From: Gammaproteobacteria bacterium
GTDB taxonomy: Bacteria; Pseudomonadota; Gammaproteobacteria; Eutrophobiales; Eutrophobiaceae
DNA: 64,000 nt
NCBI GenBank assembly: GCA_965243205.1
Contig: CBDEUK010000002.1
Coordinates: forward strand, 2,080,001 to 2,144,000
Reading direction: 5' to 3'
Shown: positions 9,727 through 21,422 of the stretch, in pieces
How positions within the stretch are numbered: position 1 is the first letter of the stretch
Layout of the letters: each line of letters begins with the position of its first letter
The notes under the pieces: generated by a model
Told to the model about the DNA's origin: nothing
The model's database searches: none
What the model saw: the letters and a program-made list of their open reading frames with translations, nothing else
Translations under genes and position numbers: made by a program

Positions 9727-11450
9727 AATCTGAAAACCCTATCAAAGATTACCCATTACGACGCACATTTGTTTTGAGTGTGTTTGGGGTAATGATGGGA
9801 GTTTTGATATGGCGCGCGTATGACTTACAAATATTGCGTAAAGATTTTTTACGCGATCATGGTGATGCTCGTTCTGTGAGAGTAGTTAATATACCTGCGC
9901 ATAGAGGAATGATTTCCGATCGTAATGGAGAACCGCTTGCGATTAGTACACCTGTCTATTCAATATGGACCATTCCTAATCAGCTATTGCAATCAGGCAA
10001 GGAGATTACACAACTTGCAGAGTTATTAAAAATAGAATCAAAAGAATTAAAAGAGTTATTAATTGCACGTAAAGGTAGACAGTTTGTTTATTTAAAACGG
10101 CACGTTACACCAGAAATTGAACAAAAAATAATGTCTTTAGAATTACCAGGTGTTTATCGACAGCGTGAATACAAACGTTATTACCCTGCAGCTGAAGTTA
10201 CTGCACATCTAGTGGGTTTTACTAACATTGATGATCAAGGCCAAGAAGGATTAGAGCTTGCATATAATGAATGGCTAAATGGTAAAGATGGGAAAAAACG
10301 CGTTTTAAAAGATCGATTGGGTCGTGTAATAGAAAATATAGAAAGCATTGAGCCTGCTGCTAATGGTAAAGATTTACAATTAAGCATTGACAGAAGAATT
10401 CAATATTTAGCTTATCGAGAATTAAAAAAAGCCGTTGCATACCATAAAGCGCGTTCAGCATCATTAGTGATGTTAGATGCAAAAACGGGCGAAGTTGTCG
10501 CAATGGTGAATCAGCCATCGTACAACCCAAATAACAGGAATGGTTTAAAAAGCGATCATTTTAGAAATCGTACCGTAACCGATGTGTTTGAACCTGGTTC
10601 AACTATGAAACCATTTACCATTGCAGCAGCGTTAGAGTCTGGTAAATACGAAGCAAATACACCTATTGCGACTGCGCCAGGTTTTTTTAAAGTAGGTACA
10701 CATACTATTCGCGATGCTAAGAATTATGGCGAATTGAATCTTGCTACCGTGATAAAAAAATCAAGTAATGTTGGTGCAACCAAAATTGCATTATCGTTAG
10801 AACCAGAATATTTTTGGAAGATACTTTCGAAGGTTGGTTTTGGACAGCCAACTGGTAGTGGTTACCCAGGTGAATCAAGTGGTCGGTTAGATGGTTATAA
10901 TAATTGGTCAGAAGTTGAGTTAGCTACTTTATCGTTTGGTTATGGCTTATCTGTAACCGCTTTACAACTAGCGCAAGCTTATAATGTATTAGCTGCTGAC
11001 GGTTTATTGTTACCAATTTCATTCAGTAAAGTAACAGGTAAGATCACTGCACGACGTGTGTTATCAAAAAATGTCGCACAACAAGTTCGAACAATGATGG
11101 AAGCAGTCGTGAAACCTGGTGGCACAGGTAAGTTAGCTTCTGTTATAGGTTATCGTGTTGCTGGAAAAACAGGGACAGTTCATAAGTCCACTCGTGGTGG
11201 TTATGCGGAAGACCGCTATCGTTCTGTCTTTGCAGGTATGGCCCCTGCATCTGATCCAAAATTGGTCATGGTGGTGATGGTCGATGAGCCAAAGCAAGGT
11301 CAATATTATGGTGGGCAAGTAGCTGCACCAGTGTTTTCAAAAGTTATGGACGGTTCATTAAGATTATTAAATTTATCACCAGATAATATTCCTGGTATGA
11401 ATCAACCGTTAGTAGCAGATGAACGTTCAACACAACAGGTAGTTCAATAA
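9723..11450 (+). CDS. ftsI: Peptidoglycan D,D-transpeptidase PBP3
   Basis: EPGSTMK (SxxK), SSN, KTG motifs. Confidence 0.97.
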   Translation: MKSENPIKDYPLRRTFVLSVFGVMMGVLIWRAYDLQILRKDFLRDHGDARSVRVVNIPAHRGMISDRNGEPLAISTPVYSIWTIPNQLLQSGKEITQLAELLKIESKELKELLIARKGRQFVYLKRHVTPEIEQKIMSLELPGVYRQREYKRYYPAAEVTAHLVGFTNIDDQGQEGLELAYNEWLNGKDGKKRVLKDRLGRVIENIESIEPAANGKDLQLSIDRRIQYLAYRELKKAVAYHKARSASLVMLDAKTGEVVAMVNQPSYNPNNRNGLKSDHFRNRTVTDVFEPGSTMKPFTIAAALESGKYEANTPIATAPGFFKVGTHTIRDAKNYGELNLATVIKKSSNVGATKIALSLEPEYFWKILSKVGFGQPTGSGYPGESSGRLDGYNNWSEVELATLSFGYGLSVTALQLAQAYNVLAADGLLLPISFSKVTGKITARRVLSKNVAQQVRTMMEAVVKPGGTGKLASVIGYRVAGKTGTVHKSTRGGYAEDRYRSVFAGMAPASDPKLVMVVMVDEPKQGQYYGGQVAAPVFSKVMDGSLRLLNLSPDNIPGMNQPLVADERSTQQVVQ

Positions 11451-12952
11451 TGATGGTTGCTTTTAATAGTCATCTGTCCATTGAACTCAGCGAGTTATTA
11501 GCCGGGTTTACCGATCAATTGGTTCCAGATGCGATACATGTTACTGGGCTTTGTTTAGATAGTCGCACATTAAAAGCAGGCGATTTATTTTTGGCTTGCT
11601 CTGGTAACCAAACACATGGCGCGAATTATATCTCGAAAGCTGTTGCAGCAGGTGCAATAGCGATTGTTTATGAAGCAGATTACTCGCTTGAGTTACCAAA
11701 ACTGAATATTCCTGTTATTTCGATTGAAAACTTGCATGCAAAAGTTGGCGAGATAGCGCATCGATTTTACCAATATCCATCAAATGATTTAAAAGTAATC
11801 GGTATAACAGGGACGAATGGTAAAACATCCGTTGCGTGGTTCTTATCTGAAATTTTAAATCAAACAGAAAAGCCTGTTGGTATGATTGGTACTTTAGGTA
11901 AGGGTTTATTTGGAAGTTTGGAAACAACTGCTAATACAACACCTGATCCTGTTACAGTTCATAAAGCGCTGTTCGATTTTAAACAGTTAGGCGCTGAGTT
12001 TGTTGTAATGGAAGTTTCATCACATGCTTTAGAGCAATCTCGAGTAGCAGCAGTTAATTTTTATTCCGTGATATTTACAAATCTAAGTCATGAACATTTA
12101 GATTATCACGGTAGTATGCATCAATATGCTAATGCTAAGAAAAAACTTTTTACGGATTATTATTCTGAATACAAGATCATTAATATAGATGATGAACTTG
12201 GCAAACAGTTTGTAAAATCATCAACACCACAGGTTATTACCTATTCATTGTCCAATGAAAATTTACAACTAGATAATTGTTCTGTGGCAAATGTGCTTAA
12301 AACAGAACGAGGTTATTTACAATTTGAATTAGAAAGCCCTTGGGGAAATGCAATTATAGAAACGGGATTGCTAGGTGAGTTTAACGTTTATAATTTATTA
12401 GCGACTATTTCTGTCTTATGCATCTGTGGTATGGAGCTCGATGAAGTTGCAAATAGACTACGAAGTATCAGTAATGTGCCTGGACGTATGGAATCATTTC
12501 AAGAAAAAGATAAGGCACTGGTAGTTGTCGATTATGCTCATACACCTGACGCTTTGGAAAAAGTATTAAAAACGTTAAAGCAAATAACACAAGGTTGGTT
12601 ATTTTGTGTTTTTGGTTGTGGTGGAGACAGAGATCAAGCTAAGCGTGCTGAAATGGGTAAAGTAGCTTCAGAATATTCTGATCATATTGTGCTTACAAAT
12701 GATAACCCACGTACAGAAAATCCAGAACATATCATTGATGATATAAAAGAAGGAATTTCAGAATCAGCTTCTTTATACGTAGAGCTCGACCGTGCTGAAG
12801 CAATTGCTTATGCAATATCTTTATCGAACCCAGGTGATGTGATTTTAGTTGCGGGTAAAGGACATGAAGACTATCAAATAGTCGGCGATCAAACGTTAGT
12901 GTTTGATGACAGAGTATGGGTAAAGCGTTTGTTGGAGGCCAAGGGTGATTAA
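11450..12952 (+). CDS. murE: UDP-MurNAc-dipeptide:meso-DAP ligase
   Basis: GTNGKTS, MEVSSH, DYAHTPD, DNPR. Confidence 0.97.
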   Translation: MMVAFNSHLSIELSELLAGFTDQLVPDAIHVTGLCLDSRTLKAGDLFLACSGNQTHGANYISKAVAAGAIAIVYEADYSLELPKLNIPVISIENLHAKVGEIAHRFYQYPSNDLKVIGITGTNGKTSVAWFLSEILNQTEKPVGMIGTLGKGLFGSLETTANTTPDPVTVHKALFDFKQLGAEFVVMEVSSHALEQSRVAAVNFYSVIFTNLSHEHLDYHGSMHQYANAKKKLFTDYYSEYKIINIDDELGKQFVKSSTPQVITYSLSNENLQLDNCSVANVLKTERGYLQFELESPWGNAIIETGLLGEFNVYNLLATISVLCICGMELDEVANRLRSISNVPGRMESFQEKDKALVVVDYAHTPDALEKVLKTLKQITQGWLFCVFGCGGDRDQAKRAEMGKVASEYSDHIVLTNDNPRTENPEHIIDDIKEGISESASLYVELDRAEAIAYAISLSNPGDVILVAGKGHEDYQIVGDQTLVFDDRVWVKRLLEAKGD

Positions 12953-14309
12953 GATGATGTTATCTGATGCCGCCAAAGAATTATCTTCACCAATGGTAGG
13001 TGATGATGTTTTGTTTTCTGGTTGTTCAACGGATTCACGTTCAGAATTGCATGATAAATTATTTATCGCTCTCAAAGGCGAAAATTTTGATGGTCATGAC
13101 TTTATTGAACAAGCAGAAACAGCAAAGGCATCTGCTCTATTGGTTAGTAAATCAATAAAATCCAAACTTCCTTCTATCGTTGTAGAAGATACAAAATTAG
13201 CAATGGGGCAATTAGCTTCTATTTGGCGCGACAAATTTAATGCGCCATTAGTTGCGATTACTGGCAGTAATGGAAAGACCACAGTTAAAGAAATGTTGTC
13301 TTCAATACTTAATCAAAATCATAACGTGTTAGTGACGCAAGGCAATTTTAATAATGATATAGGAATGCCTCTAACTTTGTTTGGTTTAGGTGAGCAACAT
13401 GAATATATTGTTTTAGAAATGGGTGCTAATCATTTAGGTGAAATTGATTATTTATCAAAATTAGCCAAACCTAATGTCGCTGTCATTACACAATGTGCGC
13501 CTGCGCATTTAGAAGGTTTTGGCAGCATAGATGGTGTCGCAGAAGCCAAGAGTGAAATTTATCACGGGTTAAATGATGATGGTATCGCAATCATTAATGC
13601 GGATGATGATTACGCTGAATTTTGGCTAAATAAAACTCAACATTTAAAGTCATTAACATTTGGTATGAATAAGCAAGCTGATGTGTTTGCTTCAAATATT
13701 GAATTATCTCAGATAACAAAAAATTATTGCTTTACGTTAAATTACCAAACTGAATCGATATCGATTCAATTACCCGTTTCCGGAATGCACAACATAATGA
13801 ATGCATTAGCCGCTGCGAGTTGTGCTATTTCATTGAATATACCTTTTGAGATGATTCAATCAGGTCTCGAAAGTTTTGCTGGAGTAAAAGGACGTTTGCA
13901 AATAAAAGAAGCGGCTAATGGTGCAACATTGATTGATGACAGCTATAACGCAAACCCAACGTCACTTTTGGCAGCGATGAAATATTTAGTGTCATTAGGT
14001 GAGGATAGTTTTTTAGTCTTAGGTGAAATGGGTGAATTAGGTGATGACGCTGAATTTTTACATGCAAAAGCAGGCCAACAAGCTAAACAATTAGGAATTA
14101 AATATTTATTCACGGTTGGAACGTTGGCGATGCATGCCTCTGAATCATTTGGCGATGATTCGAAACATTATGAAAGTAAAGCTGAATTATCCAAAGACGT
14201 GTTATTAAAGAGCTCAAAAGATTCAAAAATATTAGTAAAAGGTTCGCGTAGTATGAAGTTAGAAGAAATTGTAGATGCATTAATACAAGGGGAAGATAAT
14301 CAATGTTAA
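12945..14309 (+). CDS. murF: UDP-MurNAc-tripeptide:D-Ala-D-Ala ligase
   Basis: [27 protein letters not shown]. Confidence 0.97.
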   Translation: MIKMMLSDAAKELSSPMVGDDVLFSGCSTDSRSELHDKLFIALKGENFDGHDFIEQAETAKASALLVSKSIKSKLPSIVVEDTKLAMGQLASIWRDKFNAPLVAITGSNGKTTVKEMLSSILNQNHNVLVTQGNFNNDIGMPLTLFGLGEQHEYIVLEMGANHLGEIDYLSKLAKPNVAVITQCAPAHLEGFGSIDGVAEAKSEIYHGLNDDGIAIINADDDYAEFWLNKTQHLKSLTFGMNKQADVFASNIELSQITKNYCFTLNYQTESISIQLPVSGMHNIMNALAAASCAISLNIPFEMIQSGLESFAGVKGRLQIKEAANGATLIDDSYNANPTSLLAAMKYLVSLGEDSFLVLGEMGELGDDAEFLHAKAGQQAKQLGIKYLFTVGTLAMHASESFGDDSKHYESKAELSKDVLLKSSKDSKILVKGSRSMKLEEIVDALIQGEDNQC

Positions 14310-15385
14310 TTTGGTTAGCTGAATATCTTTCTCAATACCATAGTGGATTTAATGTATTTCAATACATCACTTTAAGAACTATTTTGGGTGCATTGACAGC
14401 TTTGTTTATTGCATTCGTATTTGGACCAAGTTTAATTCAACATTTATCTGCACAGCAAATCGGTCAGGCTATCCGTGATGATGGTCCAGAAACACATTTG
14501 AAAAAAGCAGGTACGCCCACTATGGGTGGCTTGTTAATTTTATTATCAATTATGTTTAGCACACTGTGTTGGGCTGACCTTAGTAACCGCTTTGTATGGG
14601 TCGTTATATTTGTGACTTTAATGTTCGGCATAGTTGGGTGGGTTGATGATTATCGAAAAGTAGTACAACAAAATCCAAAAGGTTTGTCTGCAAAAGAGAA
14701 ATATTTTTGGCAATCCTTAATTGCATTTGTAGCCGTTACTTATTTATATCACTCAGCTACCAGTCCCGCAGAAACACAACTGATTGTTCCATTTATAAAA
14801 AGCATCGTTGTTGATCTAGGTTTGTTTTATATCATTCTTAGTTATTTTGTGATTGTGGGTACCAGTAACGCAGTCAATTTGACGGATGGTTTAGATGGTT
14901 TGGCTATTTTACCAACAGTTATGGTAGCAGGTGCACTTGCAATATTTGCTTATGTAACTGGCCATGTTTATTTTGCAGATTACTTAGGTATTCCTTATGT
15001 GGCTGGTGTTGGTGAAGTTGCGATCTTCTGTGGAGCAATGGTTGGTTCCGGTTTAGGGTTCTTATGGTTTAACACTTACCCAGCAATGGTTTTTATGGGT
15101 GATATTGGTGCTTTAGCCTTAGGCGCTGCGTTAGGTATTGTGGCAGTTGTGATTCGACAAGAACTGGTATTACTGATTATGGGTGGTGTGTTTGTGATCG
15201 AAACAGTTTCGGTGATTTTACAGGTCGCTTCTTTTAAATTAATAGGCAGAAGAATTTTTCATATGGCACCTTTGCATCATCACTATGAACTAAAAGGTTG
15301 GCCAGAACCAAGAGTCATCGTTCGCTTTTGGATTATAACCGTAATCTTAGTTTTAATCGGATTAGCTAGCTTGAAGATTCGTTAA
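14303..15385 (+). CDS. mraY: Phospho-MurNAc-pentapeptide transferase
   Basis: [30 protein letters not shown]. Confidence 0.98.
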   Translation: MLIWLAEYLSQYHSGFNVFQYITLRTILGALTALFIAFVFGPSLIQHLSAQQIGQAIRDDGPETHLKKAGTPTMGGLLILLSIMFSTLCWADLSNRFVWVVIFVTLMFGIVGWVDDYRKVVQQNPKGLSAKEKYFWQSLIAFVAVTYLYHSATSPAETQLIVPFIKSIVVDLGLFYIILSYFVIVGTSNAVNLTDGLDGLAILPTVMVAGALAIFAYVTGHVYFADYLGIPYVAGVGEVAIFCGAMVGSGLGFLWFNTYPAMVFMGDIGALALGAALGIVAVVIRQELVLLIMGGVFVIETVSVILQVASFKLIGRRIFHMAPLHHHYELKGWPEPRVIVRFWIITVILVLIGLASLKIR

Positions 15386-15391
15386 TAGGTT

Positions 15392-16783
15392 ATGTCAGTG
15401 AATAATAATGCGATAGATATATTTGATATGAACTTAGCTCAAGAAAAATACGATGTGTTAATAATCGGTCTTGGTAAGACAGGTTATGCATGTGCTAAGT
15501 ATTTATCGCAAAAAAATATTCACTTTGCAGTTATGGATAATAGACAAACACCACCTTTGCTTGAATCAATGCAACAAAAATTGCCTGAATGTCAGGTCTT
15601 TGTTGGAAAGTTTGATGAATCAATAATTTTAAATACGAAACAGATAATCATTAGTCCAGGTGTATCTTTATTAGAACCTGCAATACAAAAAGCTATGCAA
15701 AATAATATTCCAGTCATTAGTGACGTAGAATTATTTTGCCAGCATGTATCTACTCCTATTATTGCTGTCACTGGCTCGAATGGAAAAAGTACTGTCGTAA
15801 CGTTACTTGCCAAAGTAATAGAAAGTTCAGGATTGAAAGTTGGTTTGGGTGGAAATATTGGTACGCCTGTATTGGATTTGATTGCAGAAACAGAACCGGA
15901 TGTTTACGTTTTAGAATTATCAAGCTTTCAGCTTGAAACGACGTATTCTTTAAATGCAAAAGCATCCGTGGTTTTAAATGTTTCTGAAGATCATATGGAC
16001 CGCTATCCCGATATTCAAACTTACGCGAATACCAAAGCTAAGATTTATAACGGTGACGGTTTAGTCATATTAAATAGAGATGATCCACTTGTGAAGCAAA
16101 CTAATGTTGGGCAACGAAAAGCTATTACATTTGGATCAAGTCAGCCAAATAAAAATCATTATGGTTTAAAAGAAATTAATAAACGAATTGCTTTGATGAA
16201 GGGCGGCCAGCATTTGTTGTATACAGATGAATTAAAAATACAAGGGCAGCATAATGCTATAAATGTTCTTGCTATACTTGCTTTATCAGAAGTGCTTGAA
16301 CTTAATAACGATAAAGTTATTGAAGCAATAAAAGATTTCCCTGGGTTAGCTCATCGTTGTGAATGGGTTGCTAAAATTAATAATGCGAATTGGTACAACG
16401 ATTCAAAAGGTACCAATGTAGGAGCAACACTAGCAGCTATTAATGGATTAACAAATCAAAATAATCTTATATTAATTGCTGGTGGCGTTGGAAAAGATGC
16501 TAATTTTTCGCCTTTAAAAACAGTAGCGAATAAAATTAAATTGTTAATCGTTTTTGGACAAGATGGACAATTAATAGCAGATGCATTCTCAGGAACTATT
16601 GATATAGTAAAAGCGAATGATCTAAAACAATGTGTTCAGCTAGCTTATGAAAGTGCTGCTAGTAATGATGTTGTCTTGTTTTCACCTGCTTGTGCAAGCT
16701 TTGACATGTTTCGTAATTACGAAGAACGTGGTTCGGTATTTGTTAAATTCGTCAATGAACTTAAAGGGCATGATGATGAATAA
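15392..16783 (+). CDS. murD: UDP-MurNAc-L-Ala:D-Glu ligase
   Basis: GSNGKST, ELSSFQLE, NDSKGTN, SPACASFD. Confidence 0.97.
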   Translation: MSVNNNAIDIFDMNLAQEKYDVLIIGLGKTGYACAKYLSQKNIHFAVMDNRQTPPLLESMQQKLPECQVFVGKFDESIILNTKQIIISPGVSLLEPAIQKAMQNNIPVISDVELFCQHVSTPIIAVTGSNGKSTVVTLLAKVIESSGLKVGLGGNIGTPVLDLIAETEPDVYVLELSSFQLETTYSLNAKASVVLNVSEDHMDRYPDIQTYANTKAKIYNGDGLVILNRDDPLVKQTNVGQRKAITFGSSQPNKNHYGLKEINKRIALMKGGQHLLYTDELKIQGQHNAINVLAILALSEVLELNNDKVIEAIKDFPGLAHRCEWVAKINNANWYNDSKGTNVGATLAAINGLTNQNNLILIAGGVGKDANFSPLKTVANKIKLLIVFGQDGQLIADAFSGTIDIVKANDLKQCVQLAYESAASNDVVLFSPACASFDMFRNYEERGSVFVKFVNELKGHDDE

Positions 16784-17975
16784 GCATAAGCAAGCAAGTA
16801 TTCGAACAAGTGCCTTAGATGGTAAAACCTTGTTTTTTGGTTATGACGCGTGGTTAATGACCGTAATTATCTCATTATTAATATTTGGTTTAATTATGGT
16901 TGCATCATCATCGATTGCTATCGCTGAACGGAGTTTTGATAATTCGTTACATTATTTTTACAGACAAGCCTTTGCTGTAGGTATTGGGTTAGTTTTAAGT
17001 GTCGTTATATTAAAAATACCGATGAAAGTATGGCATTTCTTTAGTGTGCCTTTATTAATGTGTGGTATCGCTTTACTCATCATTATATTAGTGCCTGGTG
17101 TGGGTAAAGAAGTTAATGGTAGTGTTCGTTGGATACAATTAGGCGCATTCTCAATACAAGCATCTGAGATTATAAAAGTTTGTGTTATTTCGTATATTGC
17201 AGGTTATTTAGTACGCCAAAAAGAACAGGTTTCAGAAAGCTTTACCGGTTTTATTATTCCAATCGGAATCTTGACTGTTATTTCCGCACTTTTACTACTA
17301 GAGCCAGATTTTGGTGCAACTGTTGTTTTATTTGTAACAACTTTAGGAATGTTATTTTTAGCAGGCGTACCTTGGAGTCGTTTTTTATCCTGGGCCTTGG
17401 TAGCTGTTTCATGCTTGGCAACATTAGCAGTGTTATCACCTTATAGAATGAAACGCTTAACGGTTTTTATGGACCCATGGCAAGATCCTTTTAATAGTGG
17501 ATTTCAATTAACTCAAGCGCTAATCGCTTTTGGTCGAGGTGATTGGATGGGAGTTGGTCTTGGTGGCAGTGTGCAAAAACTTTTTTATTTACCAGAAGCA
17601 CATACGGATTTTGTCTTTTCTGTTATAGCAGAAGAAATGGGATTGCTTGCAGTTATTACGATTATCTTATTATACAGTTTCATTATTTTTAGAGCGTTTA
17701 TCATTGCTCAAGATGCACATGCTGTACAAAGACATTTTGCAGCTTATTTTGCTTATGGCATCGGTTTGATCATTGGTTTACAAGCTTTTGTAAACCTAGG
17801 TGTTAACATGGGTTTGTTGCCAACTAAAGGTTTAACGTTACCTTTAATTAGTTATGGAAGTAATAGTGTCATTATCAGTTGTGTATTATTAGCAATATTA
17901 CTACGAATAGAATTTGAAAATCGCGAACTTAATCATAAACAAGTTCCGAAACCGGTGACGCATTATGTTGCATAG
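16776..17975 (+). CDS. ftsW: SEDS peptidoglycan polymerase FtsW (start revised from 16647)
   Basis: EPDFG, LPEAHTDF, LPTKGLTLPLISYG; ATG run at 16770-16778 overlapping the murD end. Confidence 0.95.
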   Translation: MNKHKQASIRTSALDGKTLFFGYDAWLMTVIISLLIFGLIMVASSSIAIAERSFDNSLHYFYRQAFAVGIGLVLSVVILKIPMKVWHFFSVPLLMCGIALLIIILVPGVGKEVNGSVRWIQLGAFSIQASEIIKVCVISYIAGYLVRQKEQVSESFTGFIIPIGILTVISALLLLEPDFGATVVLFVTTLGMLFLAGVPWSRFLSWALVAVSCLATLAVLSPYRMKRLTVFMDPWQDPFNSGFQLTQALIAFGRGDWMGVGLGGSVQKLFYLPEAHTDFVFSVIAEEMGLLAVITIILLYSFIIFRAFIIAQDAHAVQRHFAAYFAYGIGLIIGLQAFVNLGVNMGLLPTKGLTLPLISYGSNSVIISCVLLAILLRIEFENRELNHKQVPKPVTHYVA

Positions 17976-19047
17976 ACCGGTAATGATAATGGCAGGAGGA
18001 ACAGGTGGGCATATCTACCCAGCACTCGCTGTGGCTGATTATTTAAAAGCATGCGGTTCGGAAATCCTCTGGTTAGGTACTAATAAAGGTTTGGAATCCA
18101 AAGTGGTTCCTGAACATGGTTACCCATTATTTTATTTAGATGTTTCAGGTGTGCGTGGTAAAGGTTTAATTAAAAAATTGATAGCACCGTTTAATATTTT
18201 AAAAGCTATATTGCAATCCTTATCCATTATGAAACAACAAAAGCCAGCTGCCGTTTTAGGTATGGGAGGTTTTGCAAGTGGGCCTGGCGGTATAGCCGCA
18301 TTTTTATTAGGTATCCCTCTATGTATTCATGAACAGAATTCAATCGCTGGATTAACGAATAAATTACTTAAGCCTTTTGCGCGTTTTGTTATGCAAGCGT
18401 TTCCGAATACGTTCAATCAATCGAAGAAAGTATTAACAACAGGCAACCCTGTTAGAAAAGAAATTTTAGCGTTAGCGGAATCTGGTCAACAAGATATTAA
18501 GAATGATGAAGGGATTAATTTATTAATTATTGGTGGTAGTTTAGGCGCTAAACGATTGAACGAAGTAGTACCTAACGCAGCGAAACAATTGCATGAAAAT
18601 ATTAAATTGAATATTCGCCATCAATGTGGCGATAAACATCATAGCTCGACATCACAAATTTATACTGATTTACAGATTGAAGCTTCAGTAGAACCATTTA
18701 TAAAAGATATGGCTGCAGCTTATCAATGGGCGGATTTAATCATTTGTCGTGCAGGTGCTATGACAGTAGCTGAAGTTTCAATAGTTGGTATTCCATCAAT
18801 ATTTATCCCATACCCATATGCAGTTGATGATCATCAAACAGCAAATGCTCGTTATTTAACAGATAAGAATTTAGCCAAATTAATTCAAGAAACAGAACTA
18901 ACGGAAAGTATTTTAGTTAAAGCAATAGAAGAGCTATGTCAATCGCAACAACATTTAAATAAACTGGCCGTTGAAATTCGTAAACTGGGTAAAGTTAATG
19001 CAACACAGTTAGTTGCCGAGCAATGTTTGGAGGCGATGCATGTTTAA
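17965..19047 (+). CDS. murG: Lipid II GlcNAc transferase
   Basis: GGTGGH, HEQN, GGSLGA, CRAGA. Confidence 0.98.
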   Translation: MLHRPVMIMAGGTGGHIYPALAVADYLKACGSEILWLGTNKGLESKVVPEHGYPLFYLDVSGVRGKGLIKKLIAPFNILKAILQSLSIMKQQKPAAVLGMGGFASGPGGIAAFLLGIPLCIHEQNSIAGLTNKLLKPFARFVMQAFPNTFNQSKKVLTTGNPVRKEILALAESGQQDIKNDEGINLLIIGGSLGAKRLNEVVPNAAKQLHENIKLNIRHQCGDKHHSSTSQIYTDLQIEASVEPFIKDMAAAYQWADLIICRAGAMTVAEVSIVGIPSIFIPYPYAVDDHQTANARYLTDKNLAKLIQETELTESILVKAIEELCQSQQHLNKLAVEIRKLGKVNATQLVAEQCLEAMHV

Positions 19048-20479
19048 GTCTGGTCAAGATTTTATGCAGCGCATTCGACATATTCATTTTGTTGGAATTG
19101 GCGGCGCTGGTATGAGTGGTATCGCAGAGGTTTATAACAATTTAGGTTATAAAGTATCAGGTTCAGATATAAAACATAATGCTAATACTAAACATTTAAG
19201 TTCTTTAGGTGTTTCCATTCACGTGGAGCATAAAGCAGAAAATATCGCTGGTTGCGATGTAGTGGTTTATTCAAGTGCAATTGATGCATCGAACGAAGAA
19301 TTAAAGGCTGCACAATCACAACGTATTCCAATAGTACCAAGGGCTGAAATGTTAGCCGAGTTAATGCGTTTTCGAAATGGGATTGCAGTTGCCGGCACTC
19401 ACGGTAAGACAACAACCACGAGCTTAGTAGCAAGTGTCCTTGCTGAAGGTGGTTTAGATCCAACTTATGTTATTGGTGGCTTATTAAATAGTTCTGGAAG
19501 AAATGCTCAGTTAGGTTCTGGTAATTATTTAGTCGCAGAAGCAGATGAAAGTGATGCGTCATTTTTACACTTACAACCAATGGTTTCTGTGTTAACAAAT
19601 ATAGATGCTGATCACTTGGAAACTTATCAAGGTGATTTAGAAAATTTAAAACAAAACTTTTTTGAATTTATTCATAGACTACCTTTTTATGGTTTAGCAA
19701 TCATTTGTATCGATGATCCTATTGTTCAAGAGATAATGCCTTATATTAATAAACCGTTTATAACTTATGGTTTAAATGAAGAAGCTGATATCAAAGGTAC
19801 AATTATTAAACAAGATGCTGAAAGAACAACTTTCTCTGTATCGATATCTGGCAGAGAGGATTTAATCATAGATTTAAATATGCCCGGGCAACATAATACA
19901 TTAAATGCACTGGCAGCCGTTGCAGTTGCACATGAATTAGAAATTGATGATAAGTCTATTCAAAATGCGCTCGCAAATTTCCAAGGCATAAGTCGTCGTT
20001 GTGAAGTACTTGGAAATATCCGGTTAACAGATAAACAAGTTTTATTGATCGATGATTATGCACATCACCCTAGAGAAATATCTGCAACCATAAAAGCAAT
20101 ACGAAAAGGTTGGTCCAATAAAAAAATTAATGTGGTATTTCAACCGCATCGATATACACGCACACGAGATTTATTTGAAGACTTTGCTGCGGTGCTATCT
20201 GAATTAGATGCATTATTTATTTTAGATGTGTATTCCGCAGGTGAACATCCAATTCCTGGAGCAGACAGTCGTTCACTCTGTAGAGCTATTCGTTTAAGAG
20301 GTTCTGTCGATCCTATCTTTGTAGAAGATAGAAACGAAATAACACAATTGCTAAGTTCAGTTGTGAATGACGATGAAATCTTATTGATATTAGGTGCAGG
20401 AAATGTTGGCAAGATTGCCAAAGAGTTAATTACAACTCATCAAGTTAATTCAGATGAGGTATTAATGAGTAATGTTTGA
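19040..20479 (+). CDS. murC: UDP-MurNAc:L-Ala ligase (start revised to ATG 19040)
   Basis: GIGGAGMSGIA, GTHGKTTT, EADESD, DDYAHHP; SD GGAGG at 19029-19033. Confidence 0.97.
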   Translation: MFKSGQDFMQRIRHIHFVGIGGAGMSGIAEVYNNLGYKVSGSDIKHNANTKHLSSLGVSIHVEHKAENIAGCDVVVYSSAIDASNEELKAAQSQRIPIVPRAEMLAELMRFRNGIAVAGTHGKTTTTSLVASVLAEGGLDPTYVIGGLLNSSGRNAQLGSGNYLVAEADESDASFLHLQPMVSVLTNIDADHLETYQGDLENLKQNFFEFIHRLPFYGLAIICIDDPIVQEIMPYINKPFITYGLNEEADIKGTIIKQDAERTTFSVSISGREDLIIDLNMPGQHNTLNALAAVAVAHELEIDDKSIQNALANFQGISRRCEVLGNIRLTDKQVLLIDDYAHHPREISATIKAIRKGWSNKKINVVFQPHRYTRTRDLFEDFAAVLSELDALFILDVYSAGEHPIPGADSRSLCRAIRLRGSVDPIFVEDRNEITQLLSSVVNDDEILLILGAGNVGKIAKELITTHQVNSDEVLMSNV

Positions 20480-21419
20480 ATCCATTGGTGAGCAAATTTA
20501 TTCGAAAAATATAATGAATGATTTTGATAACAATATACTAGGTGAACTTAGGTTCGATGAGCCAATGTCAGAACATACCTCATGGAAAGTAGGTGGTAGT
20601 GCTAAACGTTTTTACATGCCCAAAACGACTCAAGAATTGTCAAATTTTTTAAAACAAATAGATAACTCAGAACCATTATTATGGTTAGGCTTGGGCAGTA
20701 ATGTATTAATACGCGATGGTGGTTTTGATGGCACTGTCATTTCGACTACAAAGTTATCCAATGAAATTATCATTAATGATGATTTTACAGTGAAAGTTGA
20801 TGCTGGAGTTCCTTGTCCGAAGTTCGCAAGAGTTTGCGCGAAACACTCGTTACAAGATATGGAGTTTTTTGCAGGTATCCCTGGAACCATAGGCGGAGCT
20901 TTAGCTATGAATGCAGGGGCGTTTGGTGGAGAAACATGGGATGTTATTAAATCAGTGACGACAATTAATCGTGAAGGCGAAGTTTTTACAAGAACATCTG
21001 AAGAATATGACATTGCTTATCGTTCAGTAAGGCACCCTCAAGAAGAATGGTTTTTATCAGCGCTCATTCAACTAAACAAAGGCGATAAAGAAATTTCTCA
21101 GGAAAAAATAAAAAATTTATTAGCTAAGCGCCGAGATACTCAACCGATGGGTATTCCGAGTTGTGGTTCAGTTTTTAGAAATCCTGAAAATGATTATGCA
21201 GCAAGACTTATTGAAGAATGTGGTTTGAAAGGAAAAACAATTGGTGGTGCATGCATATCGGTTAAACATGCCAATTTTATTTTAAACGAAGATGGTGCAA
21301 CTGCGAATGATATTGAAAGTTTAATCGAGTTTGCATGGCAATCTGTGAAAAATAAATTTGATATAGAACTAATTAAAGAAGTACGAATGATAGGTGAACG
21401 TTTAGAGAAGGTGAATTAA
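20472..21419 (+). CDS. murB: UDP-N-acetylenolpyruvoylglucosamine reductase
   Basis: GLGSNVL, GIPGTIGG, MNAGAFG, GSVFRNP, KHANF. Confidence 0.97.
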   Translation: MFESIGEQIYSKNIMNDFDNNILGELRFDEPMSEHTSWKVGGSAKRFYMPKTTQELSNFLKQIDNSEPLLWLGLGSNVLIRDGGFDGTVISTTKLSNEIIINDDFTVKVDAGVPCPKFARVCAKHSLQDMEFFAGIPGTIGGALAMNAGAFGGETWDVIKSVTTINREGEVFTRTSEEYDIAYRSVRHPQEEWFLSALIQLNKGDKEISQEKIKNLLAKRRDTQPMGIPSCGSVFRNPENDYAARLIEECGLKGKTIGGACISVKHANFILNEDGATANDIESLIEFAWQSVKNKFDIELIKEVRMIGERLEKVN

Positions 21420-21422
21420 CAA

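Noticed and set aside
16647-16769. Long N-terminal extension of ftsW in the ORF track (similarly murC 19013, ftsA 23142, glyQ 54676)
   Set aside because: Longest-ORF artefacts, mostly overlapping the upstream gene; SD-supported downstream starts fit homologue lengths
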